A DNA stretch of 64,000 bases. Origin: Candidatus Dojkabacteria bacterium (GTDB lineage: Bacteria > Patescibacteriota > Dojkabacteria > SC72). Below the pieces are notes generated by a model. That model saw nothing but the letters and a program-made list of their open reading frames with translations, was not told the origin of the DNA and searched no databases. A program made the translations under genes and the position numbers. The stretch covers positions 251,685-315,684 of the forward strand of contig JACPFP010000003.1 of NCBI GenBank assembly GCA_016182915.1, read 5' to 3'. Of this stretch, positions 48,772-58,542 are shown piece by piece; positions within the stretch are counted from its first letter, which is position 1; every line of letters begins with the position of its first letter.

Positions 48772-49578
48772 TCAATCAAAGAACACCAGAGAGTTGAATA
48801 TCGTGCCCAAATCTGCTTTAACTTTATCATTAGTACTGTGAGAAAGTGACGAGACCAGGTATATGTGTTCATCTGTTACATAAAGATATGCATCATATTT
48901 TGAGGCATCAACAGCAGTATTGTACTCTACATTAATTTTCTGAACTGTTTTCCCCCACATAGTGACAGCCCCTTTATCTGTATACTTAACCCCACCAAAT
49001 TCTGTCATTTGTATATTCTGTTCATCTAAGTACTTTTTATAGTCTGTTATTAATGTTGCAAGAGTATACTTATCCTTATTGTCTCCGCACTGAACAGTTA
49101 CAAGACCAGGTATAAATCCACTCGCATCATCATCAGAGAGAAGAGATACGCTAAACAAGTTTCTCATCTTCCCCATTAGTGGGTTAACATCACCTTCCTC
49201 TCTTTGACGATTACTCGCTCTCCAAGTTCTTGATAGTTCACCATCAACATAAACGGTATTCCTGTCAGGAATTTGCATGCCTGCATTACACTGTGAGTTT
49301 GCTACCATTACCCAACCAACCTTTGTCACTGGAAGAGCAACCTTCTTCTCAACAATAACTTCCTTAACAGTCTCCTCGCACTTATTGTCACATTCCTTTT
49401 TAACTACTTTAGAATTCATATACATATATCCAGCTGCACCTAATCCTAGAAGAGTTGTTATAACGAGGAGAATAATCAAACCATTCTTCTTGGTTGCGCT
49501 TCTGTGCACAGGAGTTTCAACAACAATAGGTCCAGGGGTTACATCGGGCATAGGAGATACTTCATTTGTTGGATTCAT
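48772..49578 (-). CDS. hypothetical membrane-anchored exported protein with several Cys
   Basis: 268 aa with one N-terminal TM. The extracytoplasmic part has Cys at CDNKCEE, SQCNAG and VQCGD. Confidence 0.45.
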   Translation of the reverse strand: MNPTNEVSPMPDVTPGPIVVETPVHRSATKKNGLIILLVITTLLGLGAAGYMYMNSKVVKKECDNKCEETVKEVIVEKKVALPVTKVGWVMVANSQCNAGMQIPDRNTVYVDGELSRTWRASNRQREEGDVNPLMGKMRNLFSVSLLSDDDASGFIPGLVTVQCGDNKDKYTLATLITDYKKYLDEQNIQMTEFGGVKYTDKGAVTMWGKTVQKINVEYNTAVDASKYDAYLYVTDEHIYLVSSLSHSTNDKVKADLGTIFNSLVFFD

Positions 49579-49639
49579 TCAACTATAGAAATAATTTTAT
49601 CTACTTTTCATATTACCTCTACCAGGCACCTAGCTACAA

Positions 49640-50812
49640 TCATCCTATAATATATAATTCCTCACTTGCACGGGTTACGGCAGTATACAACCATCTTTTC
49701 CACATATCATGCTCCATGCTTGAAAACTTTTCTTCGAAGACAACAACCCTTCTTGCCTGACTTCCCTGTGCTTTATGAACAGTCAGTGCATATCCGAAAT
49801 CAAAAAGGTCAACTTCAGGAGTTTTCTCTGCATGAATTGTCTCCTTCGCACCAAATTGGTTGTATGAGATTAATCCCTCAAAATCATAACCTTCTCGATC
49901 ATCCAAGGATATTCTCGCTTTATAGTACTTTCCCCAATCGTCAGTTATGGTTTCAATACTCTTAATCCTTCCCATCATCCCATTTGATAGATGTTTGTCG
50001 TAGCTATTGCGAAGACATATAACCCTGTCACTAACCTGGGGTTCTTCACTTTCAAATCCAAGAAGCCCTCTAATTGCCTTGTTAAGTTTAACCCTCGTAT
50101 TGTTATATCCAACCAATACGAGCATGTCATCATCATAGCTAAGAAAGAGATCTGAGAGAAACTCTTGAGTATCTGGATTTGTTCTACTCATCTTCACGAC
50201 CCCTTTTCCATACTCCATTGTCGGGATTATTCCCCTTGTTCTAGCCATCTTTGAGACAAAAACGATTGGATTATCTTTCTCCTGACGATATATCTCCTCT
50301 AACCTCAATTCAGGATCATCCATAAGGTTGAACCTTCCTTCTATAGGGGGAAGCTGACCGTGATCCCCTATAGCGAGGATTGGGACATCGCACTGTAGGA
50401 GGTCTTCCCAAATTGTTTGGTTAACCATTGAAGCCTCATCAACAATTATCAATCCATACTTAAATTCTTTCTCACTCTTTCTTCTCCATCCAATTACAAC
50501 CCCATCATCATTTAGCTGAGGTTCATATATTAGTCTGTGGATTGTACTTACACTATCGTCAGGAAATATTGATTTTGAATCCTGTAACTTCCTATCCATG
50601 ATTCTAACCGCCTTTCCAGTATAGCTGCAAAATGCAACTTTAAGCTGTGCATCTCCCTCTCTTAATTGCTTGCTTATAAAGCCTATGAGGGTTGTTTTAC
50701 CTGTTCCAGCATAACCTCCAAGGGTTATGTACTGTTTTCGTGCAGGGCTTTTAAACCACTGAAGTATCTTAGTTATAGTCTCCTGCTGTTGCATTGAAAG
50801 CTCTATCTCCAT
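49640..50812 (-). CDS. RecD/Dda-like superfamily-1B DNA helicase
   Basis: 390 aa with Walker A GGYAGTGKTT, Walker B LIIVDEASMV, GDHGQLPPI and C-terminal YALTVHKAQGSQ. Confidence 0.75.
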   Translation of the reverse strand: MEIELSMQQQETITKILQWFKSPARKQYITLGGYAGTGKTTLIGFISKQLREGDAQLKVAFCSYTGKAVRIMDRKLQDSKSIFPDDSVSTIHRLIYEPQLNDDGVVIGWRRKSEKEFKYGLIIVDEASMVNQTIWEDLLQCDVPILAIGDHGQLPPIEGRFNLMDDPELRLEEIYRQEKDNPIVFVSKMARTRGIIPTMEYGKGVVKMSRTNPDTQEFLSDLFLSYDDDMLVLVGYNNTRVKLNKAIRGLLGFESEEPQVSDRVICLRNSYDKHLSNGMMGRIKSIETITDDWGKYYKARISLDDREGYDFEGLISYNQFGAKETIHAEKTPEVDLFDFGYALTVHKAQGSQARRVVVFEEKFSSMEHDMWKRWLYTAVTRASEELYIIG

Positions 50813-50992
50813 ACATCAATTTTAATCCATTTATACTAAGTATACAAACCGTCGACCTATCTTGAGGGCGAAAAAATGAACTTTCATAACTAAACATAGT
50901 AACTTTCACCAAAGTCCCCATTTAATAACCCTGAAGCTCTGATTAGCAGGTTCATCAGGATAGATTCCACAGGTTCACAGCGACATAGCCGG

Positions 50993-53900
50993 TCATACTT
51001 CAGATACCCTTTTCCTTCCTTTTATTACAACGAGGGTAATAATAGATAGTATGGCGACTCCCAAAACTACTAGTAAGATTATATTATTCGAGATAAGATT
51101 GCTCAATGAAAAATCCTCTTCTGATATATCTTTATTTGGATCCTTGGTATCACTATCAACCGGCTTTGTAGGGGAATTGTCACCTTCAACCCTCATACTA
51201 TACATATCAGTGTAATGATTTGAGCCATCTATAATGTTAATTGTTATTTTATGATCCCCCTCTTCTAAATCCTCATCAGGAGTCCAGACCCAATACCCTT
51301 CACTATCTGCCACGGTTTCTCCCTCTATTAGCTTGGAATTAATCGTTATTTTAACAATCGCATTTGGATATGTTTTTCCACTAAAGGTTGGACGTTTTTC
51401 GGATACAATCAAAATATTATCTACAATTTTAGAATTAAGTATTGTGAAGGTAGACTGAGAGTTAGTATCATCAGGAACTTGACCATCCCCCTCTCCATTG
51501 TCTTCGTTTACATCCGGTGAGGTACTTTCAAGGAGTTCAATTGTGTCACTATATACCTCACTTGTGTTTCCTTCGCTATCTCTATACTGTGCAAACACCT
51601 CACGAACCCCCGTTCCCGCAAGTAGTGCCCAATATCCGCCCTCATTATAGTTTTTCCAAGTACAACCAGTGAAAGTATCATTATTACATACCCTCATACT
51701 TGTAACCGTCGAGAAATCATCTTGGGCAATAGTTGTAAGCCAGACGTATGGCCAGTCAGTAGATTCTGCATTCCCACCAATTACAACACTCCCTTCGGGT
51801 GGGTATGTATCAGTGTCATAGTTAATCTCTACTGACTGAATGATAGGAGTAAGTTCTTCGTTAGTGGTGCTCAAAACGAATTTATACTGCAGATACCTAC
51901 CATTTGGAGAGACAATACTATCACCATCAACTAACTCCCAACTACTCCACGTACTATTTGGGGTAGATGAATTCCCTGTACGTGTATATTTTACAATGGA
52001 TGTACCAACCGGAACTGTAGAAGAGTCCACAACTTCGTTCCACTTTGTATTACGTCCTCCATCAATAACCTTCGATATGTACTCCCCGCTCGGTTGATAT
52101 CCAGAGTTAAACGAGACCTCAGTTACTGAAGGAGTAACGGAAGTGTTTGTGGTTGTAAGGGTTAACTTATACTGAATGTATTCATTTCCTACCAAGTCTG
52201 CGGGATCTATATAACAGCCATAACGATTAAAGCAAATATCATTCCATGAAGACCATTCACTATTGGGGAGTTCAACTGTAATCCAATCAATTTCATAACT
52301 GTCAGAAGGCTGCCAAGTATACGACGAAAGCGGGTCAATATATGGCTCAACCCCTATCTTACTAAATGGGAGAGTTGGAATTAATGTCAGGTACACCCAA
52401 TCGTTTACGGTATAGTAGTACGACGATCCATCTTCCCATTCGTCTGTGAATAGGTAATCAGAATAAGAGAAGGGTTCACTCGATTGGTCTACACCAACAT
52501 TACTTCTAACCTTCATTCTAACCATGGAACCCGCTGGGAAATAATCATCCGCCTTTCCGGTATCAATCCACATTGTAGCCCATTTATTATCGACAGGATC
52601 ATCCATAGTAAGAATGCCATTGATAGTCTCTACACTATTGAAGGGGGCCCCCCAACCATAGAAATCGGTAATATAACTTACATCATTACTGTTAAAATTA
52701 TCCTCCCAAACACCATTGACATCGGCTGTTCTATATTGAATTCCAACCGTCGTATTTGCAGGAAGGTCTGAGGTAAGGGAGAGTAGATCCGATGGCGTTT
52801 CTGAAATCTTTTTCGCTTTCGAAATATACTCACCATACTTTGTTTTTCGCCCATCTAGATAAACGGAGAATAGGCCCTCAAAAGTATTAATATATAATCT
52901 CGAATCATTTTTATCTAAATACGTAGCGAGACTATAGGTATCCGGATTGCCAATTCCATCTTCCCAATTGTATGTTCTGTGGATTGTATCGTCGGAGGGA
53001 TCAACAGTTAAATGAGTATCAATGATTGCAATCCCGTATGTCGGAGACGATAAATATAACATTCCCTCGTCACTATCAAGGAGTGTACTATATGTCCAGC
53101 TTGGATTAGTTAAAGAACTTGATCCTATGGCTGGTGTACTCGAAGTGTTATATGATACTAATAGCTCATCATCTGAGGGGGCAACGGTACCCTTCCGGTC
53201 AATTACATCAACCCCACTTCTTGAACTAAGGTAAAGTAAATCATTAGCAGAATCGATTGTAAGATGGTACATATTATTATCAGTAATTGCGGGTGTGGAG
53301 CTTGAGGTATATGTAAATATTCTTTCATCATCTGCAACTGAAGTCGTTCCCTTTGTATCTATAACATTAAGTCCTGCATTGAAGCTTACAATATATATAA
53401 GGTTGTTGGCAGAATCAACTACGGAATGGGTTACCCCATTTCCTGCTATGGAAGGGGAAGAGGTGGTCCGGTATGTAATTAGAAGCGTATCATCAATTTG
53501 AGTAGTTGTTCCCTTTGTATCAATTACACTAAGTCCCCCACCGTTCTGAGATATATACAACAAATCTGTAGTTTGATCTAAGTATGAGTGATAGACTCCA
53601 CTGGTCGAAATTGCTGGAGATGAAGTGGGGGAATATGTTGCGACAATAACATCATCACTCATGTCCAAAGTATCATTTGTGTCAATCACTTTTAATCCTG
53701 ATCCAAAAGCTGATACATATAGAAGACCGGTCACAGTATCTAAATATGTATGGCGAACCTGATCCGCTCCCAAGGAAGGAACTGAGGTCGAGGAATAGTG
53801 TGCAACGACTACATCATCACTAATATCATTTAGATTGTTTTGATCAATAACAAAAAGACCCTCATATGAACTAAAATATATAACGTTATTTATTTCATTA

Positions 53901-54256
53901 ACCCAAATATTTAAGCCCTGAATACCTATATCATATCCAAAAAACTCATCACTATAATGCACAAACTCTGAAAGTTCTAAATCTGCATCTGATGGAGCAA
54001 TATTAACTTTCGAGCCTGCCTTCAAACCTTCTTCAAGGGTATCACTCAAAACATTCCTATTCTGTTTCAACGATATGCTTCCAGGGGATAGATTTGTTTC
54101 GAGTGTATTACCTACAGTCCCCTGTTGAAAATCACTTTGTGTAGTATGAACTACTGAAGATGATACGGCATAAAGGGGAGTTATACACCCTCCTAGAAGG
54201 ATAAACATAAGCCCTCCCCCAAGAAAGCTTGTTATGTAATATATTATTTTTGACAT
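50993..54256 (-). CDS. large surface protein with LVIVD-type beta-propeller repeats and a C-terminal Big-like domain plus TM anchor
   Basis: 1087 aa. An N-terminal signal/TM is present. About 6 repeats contain LFVID, LKVID, LSVID, LNVID, VDVID and IAIID, preceded by SS(T)P(A)I. The C-terminus is ...ILLVVLGVAILSIITLVVIKGRKRVSEV. Confidence 0.7.
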   Translation of the reverse strand: MSKIIYYITSFLGGGLMFILLGGCITPLYAVSSSVVHTTQSDFQQGTVGNTLETNLSPGSISLKQNRNVLSDTLEEGLKAGSKVNIAPSDADLELSEFVHYSDEFFGYDIGIQGLNIWVNEINNVIYFSSYEGLFVIDQNNLNDISDDVVVAHYSSTSVPSLGADQVRHTYLDTVTGLLYVSAFGSGLKVIDTNDTLDMSDDVIVATYSPTSSPAISTSGVYHSYLDQTTDLLYISQNGGGLSVIDTKGTTTQIDDTLLITYRTTSSPSIAGNGVTHSVVDSANNLIYIVSFNAGLNVIDTKGTTSVADDERIFTYTSSSTPAITDNNMYHLTIDSANDLLYLSSRSGVDVIDRKGTVAPSDDELLVSYNTSSTPAIGSSSLTNPSWTYSTLLDSDEGMLYLSSPTYGIAIIDTHLTVDPSDDTIHRTYNWEDGIGNPDTYSLATYLDKNDSRLYINTFEGLFSVYLDGRKTKYGEYISKAKKISETPSDLLSLTSDLPANTTVGIQYRTADVNGVWEDNFNSNDVSYITDFYGWGAPFNSVETINGILTMDDPVDNKWATMWIDTGKADDYFPAGSMVRMKVRSNVGVDQSSEPFSYSDYLFTDEWEDGSSYYYTVNDWVYLTLIPTLPFSKIGVEPYIDPLSSYTWQPSDSYEIDWITVELPNSEWSSWNDICFNRYGCYIDPADLVGNEYIQYKLTLTTTNTSVTPSVTEVSFNSGYQPSGEYISKVIDGGRNTKWNEVVDSSTVPVGTSIVKYTRTGNSSTPNSTWSSWELVDGDSIVSPNGRYLQYKFVLSTTNEELTPIIQSVEINYDTDTYPPEGSVVIGGNAESTDWPYVWLTTIAQDDFSTVTSMRVCNNDTFTGCTWKNYNEGGYWALLAGTGVREVFAQYRDSEGNTSEVYSDTIELLESTSPDVNEDNGEGDGQVPDDTNSQSTFTILNSKIVDNILIVSEKRPTFSGKTYPNAIVKITINSKLIEGETVADSEGYWVWTPDEDLEEGDHKITINIIDGSNHYTDMYSMRVEGDNSPTKPVDSDTKDPNKDISEEDFSLSNLISNNIILLVVLGVAILSIITLVVIKGRKRVSEV
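52860..53900 (-). repeat. LVIVD-like coding repeat array (~55-aa units)
   Basis: Seen in the translation of ORF 50993..54256 at aa ~120 to 465. Confidence 0.6.
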
Positions 54257-54395
54257 AACGATAGTTAGATAGTATCAACGTAGATATTCTATGTCAAACT
54301 TCTATTTTAGCTCCAAATTTGAAAAACTATTATTTTGTAACACATCGTAAAAATAGGTTTATAACTTATACATGCTAAATTAATTTAATGTATAA

Positions 54396-55250
54396 TTGAT
54401 TATGAAAAAATATTTCATAATACTAGCAGCAGTTCTTGGAGTTATATTTCTTGTCTATGTTATACAACTTTTCTGGCCCAATAAGGTGGAGAAGAGCAAG
54501 GATACAAAGAGTAACGAAGGGGTTGAGAATAAGGTAGAAGATACACCGAGAACAGGAATTTCAGAAGCTCCACCACAGCTAGTATACGACGAAACTCCTG
54601 TATACGAAGGAGCAGGATACTTTGAAAAGTTTCCGGTTATAGAAGGGCAACAGGCATACCTAGCCTATCCTCGAGTTATCAATCCAGAAAAGCCTCCAAG
54701 ATTGATTGTATACAGCCACGGTTCGAATACAACAGTCACAGCAAACATAAATGACCTATTCATGCAGGACCTTCAACTATATGGAGCATTTTTCACGGAT
54801 CTTGGTTACGCATTTGCAGCATCAAATCAGCATGGTATGAACTATGGAAACCAAACATCAATTAACGATACAAAATATATGGTTGATTGGATTGGAGGAA
54901 AGTATAAAATCCAGGAGAAAGTTAATCAGATTGGATTTAGTATGGGTGGACTTCCTGCTATCTACTTTACAACCCAGTATCCAAATCGTGTTAATGCAAT
55001 GGCCCTCCTCGCCCCCGTTACCTATGAGTGGGGTTCGAAGATCTACACTCCTCTTGAAAATATCCCTATAAAGATATGGCATGGGACTGCTGACGCAAAT
55101 GTTGGATATAGCGCCAGTACAGGTTTCATTCAAAGAGGGAGTGGGTATAAGCTGAAGGTGGAATTAAGAACAATTCAGAATGTAGGTCACTTTGCCGTTG
55201 ATACAGAGTATATGAATGAAATCTCAGAGTTCTTTAAGGCCAATGAATAG
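54396..55250 (+). CDS. alpha/beta-hydrolase fold esterase/peptidase, membrane-anchored
   Basis: 284 aa with an N-terminal TM. The nucleophile elbow is GFSMGG (G-x-S-x-G), with a His near the C-terminus. Confidence 0.65.
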   Translation: MIMKKYFIILAAVLGVIFLVYVIQLFWPNKVEKSKDTKSNEGVENKVEDTPRTGISEAPPQLVYDETPVYEGAGYFEKFPVIEGQQAYLAYPRVINPEKPPRLIVYSHGSNTTVTANINDLFMQDLQLYGAFFTDLGYAFAASNQHGMNYGNQTSINDTKYMVDWIGGKYKIQEKVNQIGFSMGGLPAIYFTTQYPNRVNAMALLAPVTYEWGSKIYTPLENIPIKIWHGTADANVGYSASTGFIQRGSGYKLKVELRTIQNVGHFAVDTEYMNEISEFFKANE

Positions 55251-55983
55251 GGTTATAAGTCTGTATAAACCTATTGGCGTCTCCCCCGTAGAATTAATCA
55301 ATCAGTTCAAGGCCGAAAATCCAGAGTATAAAGATGAGGTAGTTAGTTATGCAGGGAGACTGGATCCTCTTGCCCATGGAGTTATGGTTCTTTTAATCGG
55401 AGAAGCAAATAAACAGAGACGGGAGTATGAGAAGAGTGATAAAACATATGAGTTTAAAGCTATCTTAGGTTTTAAAACTGATAGCTACGATATATGTGGA
55501 ATAGTTCAAGCAGAACCAACCGTAAAGATCTTTACAGAAGAATCTTTAAGACCAACTATAGAATCCTTCAAAGGAAAGCAGGAACAGTATTTCCCTCCTT
55601 TCTCTTCTTTCCGAATAAAGGGAAAACCTCTTTTTAAATGGGCTAGAGATGGGAAGTTAGATGAGATTGAGATACCCAAGAAGAATATTGAAGTCTACAA
55701 CATAGAACTTCTTAAGATTGAAACCATAAAGGGAAAGGAACTGCTTAACAAAATAGTTTCCAGAATTAACCTCCTTAAAGGAGATTTCAGACAGGACACT
55801 ATCATTGAAAAGTGGAATGCGGTTATGGATGCGAATAGAGAGTATCAGATACTTTCAATGAAAGCAGATGTATCGTCTGGAACATATATAAGAGGAATAG
55901 TTGATGAACTTGGGAAAAGGTTGGGATATATGGCAACTACATTTGAAATACAGAGAACACGAAGTGGTAAATACACAACATAG
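55216..55983 (+). CDS. truB: tRNA pseudouridine synthase, TruB-like
   Basis: 255 aa. The catalytic-Asp motif YAGRLDPLAHGVMVLLIGEANK follows the TruB HxGTLDPxAxGvL pattern. Confidence 0.7.
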   Translation: MKSQSSLRPMNRVISLYKPIGVSPVELINQFKAENPEYKDEVVSYAGRLDPLAHGVMVLLIGEANKQRREYEKSDKTYEFKAILGFKTDSYDICGIVQAEPTVKIFTEESLRPTIESFKGKQEQYFPPFSSFRIKGKPLFKWARDGKLDEIEIPKKNIEVYNIELLKIETIKGKELLNKIVSRINLLKGDFRQDTIIEKWNAVMDANREYQILSMKADVSSGTYIRGIVDELGKRLGYMATTFEIQRTRSGKYTT

Positions 55984-55999
55984 TGATATAATAATTTCG

Positions 56000-57118
56000 A
56001 TGGTTAAAACTCTTTACAAATATATTCTTAAACCAATACTCTTTCGATTTGATCCAGAGTTTATTCACAACCTCTTTACATCCAGAGGACGGCTTCTAGG
56101 TAGATTTAGGTTAACAAGAAGTATTCTAAAGAACGCATTTCGATATGATTCCCCTTCCCTACATCAAGAGATTGCGGGAATTAAATTTAAAAACCCCGTC
56201 GGTCTGGCTGCGGGTTTTGACTATGACGGAAAACTAACAGAGGTACTTGAAAGTATAGGGTTTGGATTTCAATCAATTGGTACAGTTACATACTCCCCAT
56301 ATGAAGGGAATTCGAAACCGAGGCTCGCTCGGCTTCCAAAATCTAAGTCTCTTCTTGTAAACAAGGGATTTAAGAGTGATGGAATTGAGAAGGTATTAAA
56401 TAGGAATGTAAGGGAATGGAATGAGACATTTAAAGTTGGGATTTCAATTGGTGCTACAAACTCTAAAGAATGTTCAACTCCTAAGGCACAAATTGAAGAT
56501 ATTATTAAAAGTTTCTCCTATCTTAAATCACACAAGCTTCTTGAAAGGTTTTCATATTTGGAACTAAATATTTCATGCCCTAACGTTTTAGGTTCGGGTT
56601 CACTTGCAGATACAGAGAATTTGGAGGATGTACTTAGTAAGATAAAGGAACTAGGAATCGATAAACCTATCTTTGTTAAGTTTCAACTTGAAATTGAGTG
56701 GGAAAAGGCAAGAAAACTTATAGAGATTATTATTAAGTATGGGGTGGAAGCCATTATAATTGCTAATCTTCTCAAGCAAAGAGAAGGGAGTGAGATTAGG
56801 AAAGAGGAACTAGAGAGTGTTAAGAATCTTAAAGGGAACTTCAGTGGAAAACCAACCTTCAATCTTTCAAATGAACTTATAGAGAAAACATATAGAGAAT
56901 TTGGAGATAGGATTAAGATTGTTGGTTTAGGGGGTATTTTCAATGCCGAGGATGCTTATGAGAAGATAAAAAGAGGGGCTTCGCTTGTACAGTTGATTAC
57001 AGGTATGATTTACGAGGGTCCACAGGTCATTGGGGATATTAATAGGGGTTTAGAGCGATTATTACGCAAGGATGGATATAAGAGTGTAGATGAGGCTGTA
57101 GGGAGTGCAGTTAAATAG
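56000..57118 (+). CDS. pyrD: dihydroorotate dehydrogenase (quinone), class 2
   Basis: Contains GLAAGFDYDG (compare GLAAGFDKNG) and the Ser catalytic base region. I placed the start at ATG 56000 (MVKTLYKYILKPILFRFDPEF), which matches PyrD N-termini, rather than the ORF-track start 55901. Confidence 0.85.
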   Translation: MVKTLYKYILKPILFRFDPEFIHNLFTSRGRLLGRFRLTRSILKNAFRYDSPSLHQEIAGIKFKNPVGLAAGFDYDGKLTEVLESIGFGFQSIGTVTYSPYEGNSKPRLARLPKSKSLLVNKGFKSDGIEKVLNRNVREWNETFKVGISIGATNSKECSTPKAQIEDIIKSFSYLKSHKLLERFSYLELNISCPNVLGSGSLADTENLEDVLSKIKELGIDKPIFVKFQLEIEWEKARKLIEIIIKYGVEAIIIANLLKQREGSEIRKEELESVKNLKGNFSGKPTFNLSNELIEKTYREFGDRIKIVGLGGIFNAEDAYEKIKRGASLVQLITGMIYEGPQVIGDINRGLERLLRKDGYKSVDEAVGSAVK

Positions 57119-57761
57119 TGTCTTCGCTTATCTTTCGGTCTACTAGGGCTATTCCTTTTTCAACGTTCGAGGTTTCGACTATAAATCTATGACAAAAAGA
57201 ACCTAAATGATGAATGAAATCTGGTGCAGAAAAAATATCATTACGTTCTTCTTCGGTGAGCTTCTTTCCTTCAATCTCTTCCTGATATATGATTAATCCA
57301 TCCCTTATCTTTTCAAGAAGGTATGAATGAAGAGCTTGAGGAGTAAACATATTTTTGGGGATATCAGGAAAGAGGACGGGAATATGTAATCCGCTAAATG
57401 CACTATCATATCTGCAGTAGAATTGCATCTTTGCTTCATCATTTAAAATCCTTGGACTGATGTGAAGACCCATAGGGGAATGACCAGATGTAAACATAAA
57501 CGATCCTTTTTGACTTGAATCAGGGACCCCCATAAGTTCATCGTAAATAATGATATCTTTTAACTGTGGTAGTGCTCGAACTTCAATCGTTGGAAGTGAA
57601 TCTTGGTAATCATCTCTGTATCTATGGACCCTAATAAATATTGCACATTGTGCAGATTCAGAGGCCTCTTCTTCAATAGTTTTAACAAATTGTTCATGGA
57701 GACCTTTTATATTGGTAACGTGGTTAGGGAGATCAAAGGGTAGGAAATCAGAAGAATACAT
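57111..57761 (-). CDS. hypothetical cytoplasmic protein
   Basis: 216 aa with no signal peptide. It is co-oriented with and downstream of the sortase gene. Confidence 0.45.
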   Translation of the reverse strand: MYSSDFLPFDLPNHVTNIKGLHEQFVKTIEEEASESAQCAIFIRVHRYRDDYQDSLPTIEVRALPQLKDIIIYDELMGVPDSSQKGSFMFTSGHSPMGLHISPRILNDEAKMQFYCRYDSAFSGLHIPVLFPDIPKNMFTPQALHSYLLEKIRDGLIIYQEEIEGKKLTEEERNDIFSAPDFIHHLGSFCHRFIVETSNVEKGIALVDRKISEDTI

Positions 57762-57861
57762 CTGTTGTATAGAGGAGAATAAATAAAAGGGTGGGCTAAT
57801 CCTATAACATATTATACATCATGAGAAAGTATTATGTATAGAGGTTTTTAGGCATCTTTAG

Positions 57862-58542
57862 CTACTCTACCTTGTCTCCTACAACAATTACCCGTTTAAA
57901 GTTAAAACCAGCAGGCCAACAGGTCATAAGGGTAACTGTATCCCTATCTTTATACTTTCCAAGATATTTTACATCTGTAGGGGAAAAGATTTTAACTTCA
58001 CGAACGCTGTACTTGTAGACAGTACCTTTGTAACTGAGGTATATCTCGTCTCCTTTCTCAAGTTTGTTTATGAGGTAGAAGTATACGTTATATTTTCTCT
58101 GCTCATAGAAGTTTACAGCAGAGTGTGCAAAGAGGAATGTATTTCCTTTCTCATTAGGTAGGGCGGTTCCTTTAGCATGGGCCACACCTTTTGTAAGGGC
58201 GCTTGTATACTCTCTTTCTGCATATGCATTTACATTGGGTATTACTACAGAGTTTGCCCCTATCTTGGGAATATAGATACCGAAGTTTGAGTCTATAATT
58301 ACGGGGTCTTTCTCCTTCTGAACTTCCTCTTCTTTTACAACCTCCTGCTCAACCTTCACGATAACATTCTTAGAAACCTTAGGTGAGAATGTATATGTTA
58401 TGTATGCAGATAGATAGTCTTTGTAGGTGAGAAATATTATAGCGAAACCGAGAAGTAAAAGGAGGCCACCAATAATTTTGATAGGCCTCCTTTTCAAATT
58501 CATTTTACTTAATCGTTGGCTTATTGTTTCTATTTCTGACAT
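57862..58542 (-). CDS. srt: sortase (cysteine transpeptidase)
   Basis: 226 aa with an N-terminal TM. The catalytic residues are His in LFAHS, Cys in TLMTCWP (TLxTC) and Arg in KRVIVVG. Confidence 0.8.
   Translation of the reverse strand: MSEIETISQRLSKMNLKRRPIKIIGGLLLLLGFAIIFLTYKDYLSAYITYTFSPKVSKNVIVKVEQEVVKEEEVQKEKDPVIIDSNFGIYIPKIGANSVVIPNVNAYAEREYTSALTKGVAHAKGTALPNEKGNTFLFAHSAVNFYEQRKYNVYFYLINKLEKGDEIYLSYKGTVYKYSVREVKIFSPTDVKYLGKYKDRDTVTLMTCWPAGFNFKRVIVVGDKVE

Noticed and set aside
55901-55999. ORF-track start of pyrD at 55901, overlapping truB by 83 nt
   Set aside because: The first 33 codons have no PyrD similarity. ATG at 56000 gives the canonical PyrD N-terminus and removes the overlap.
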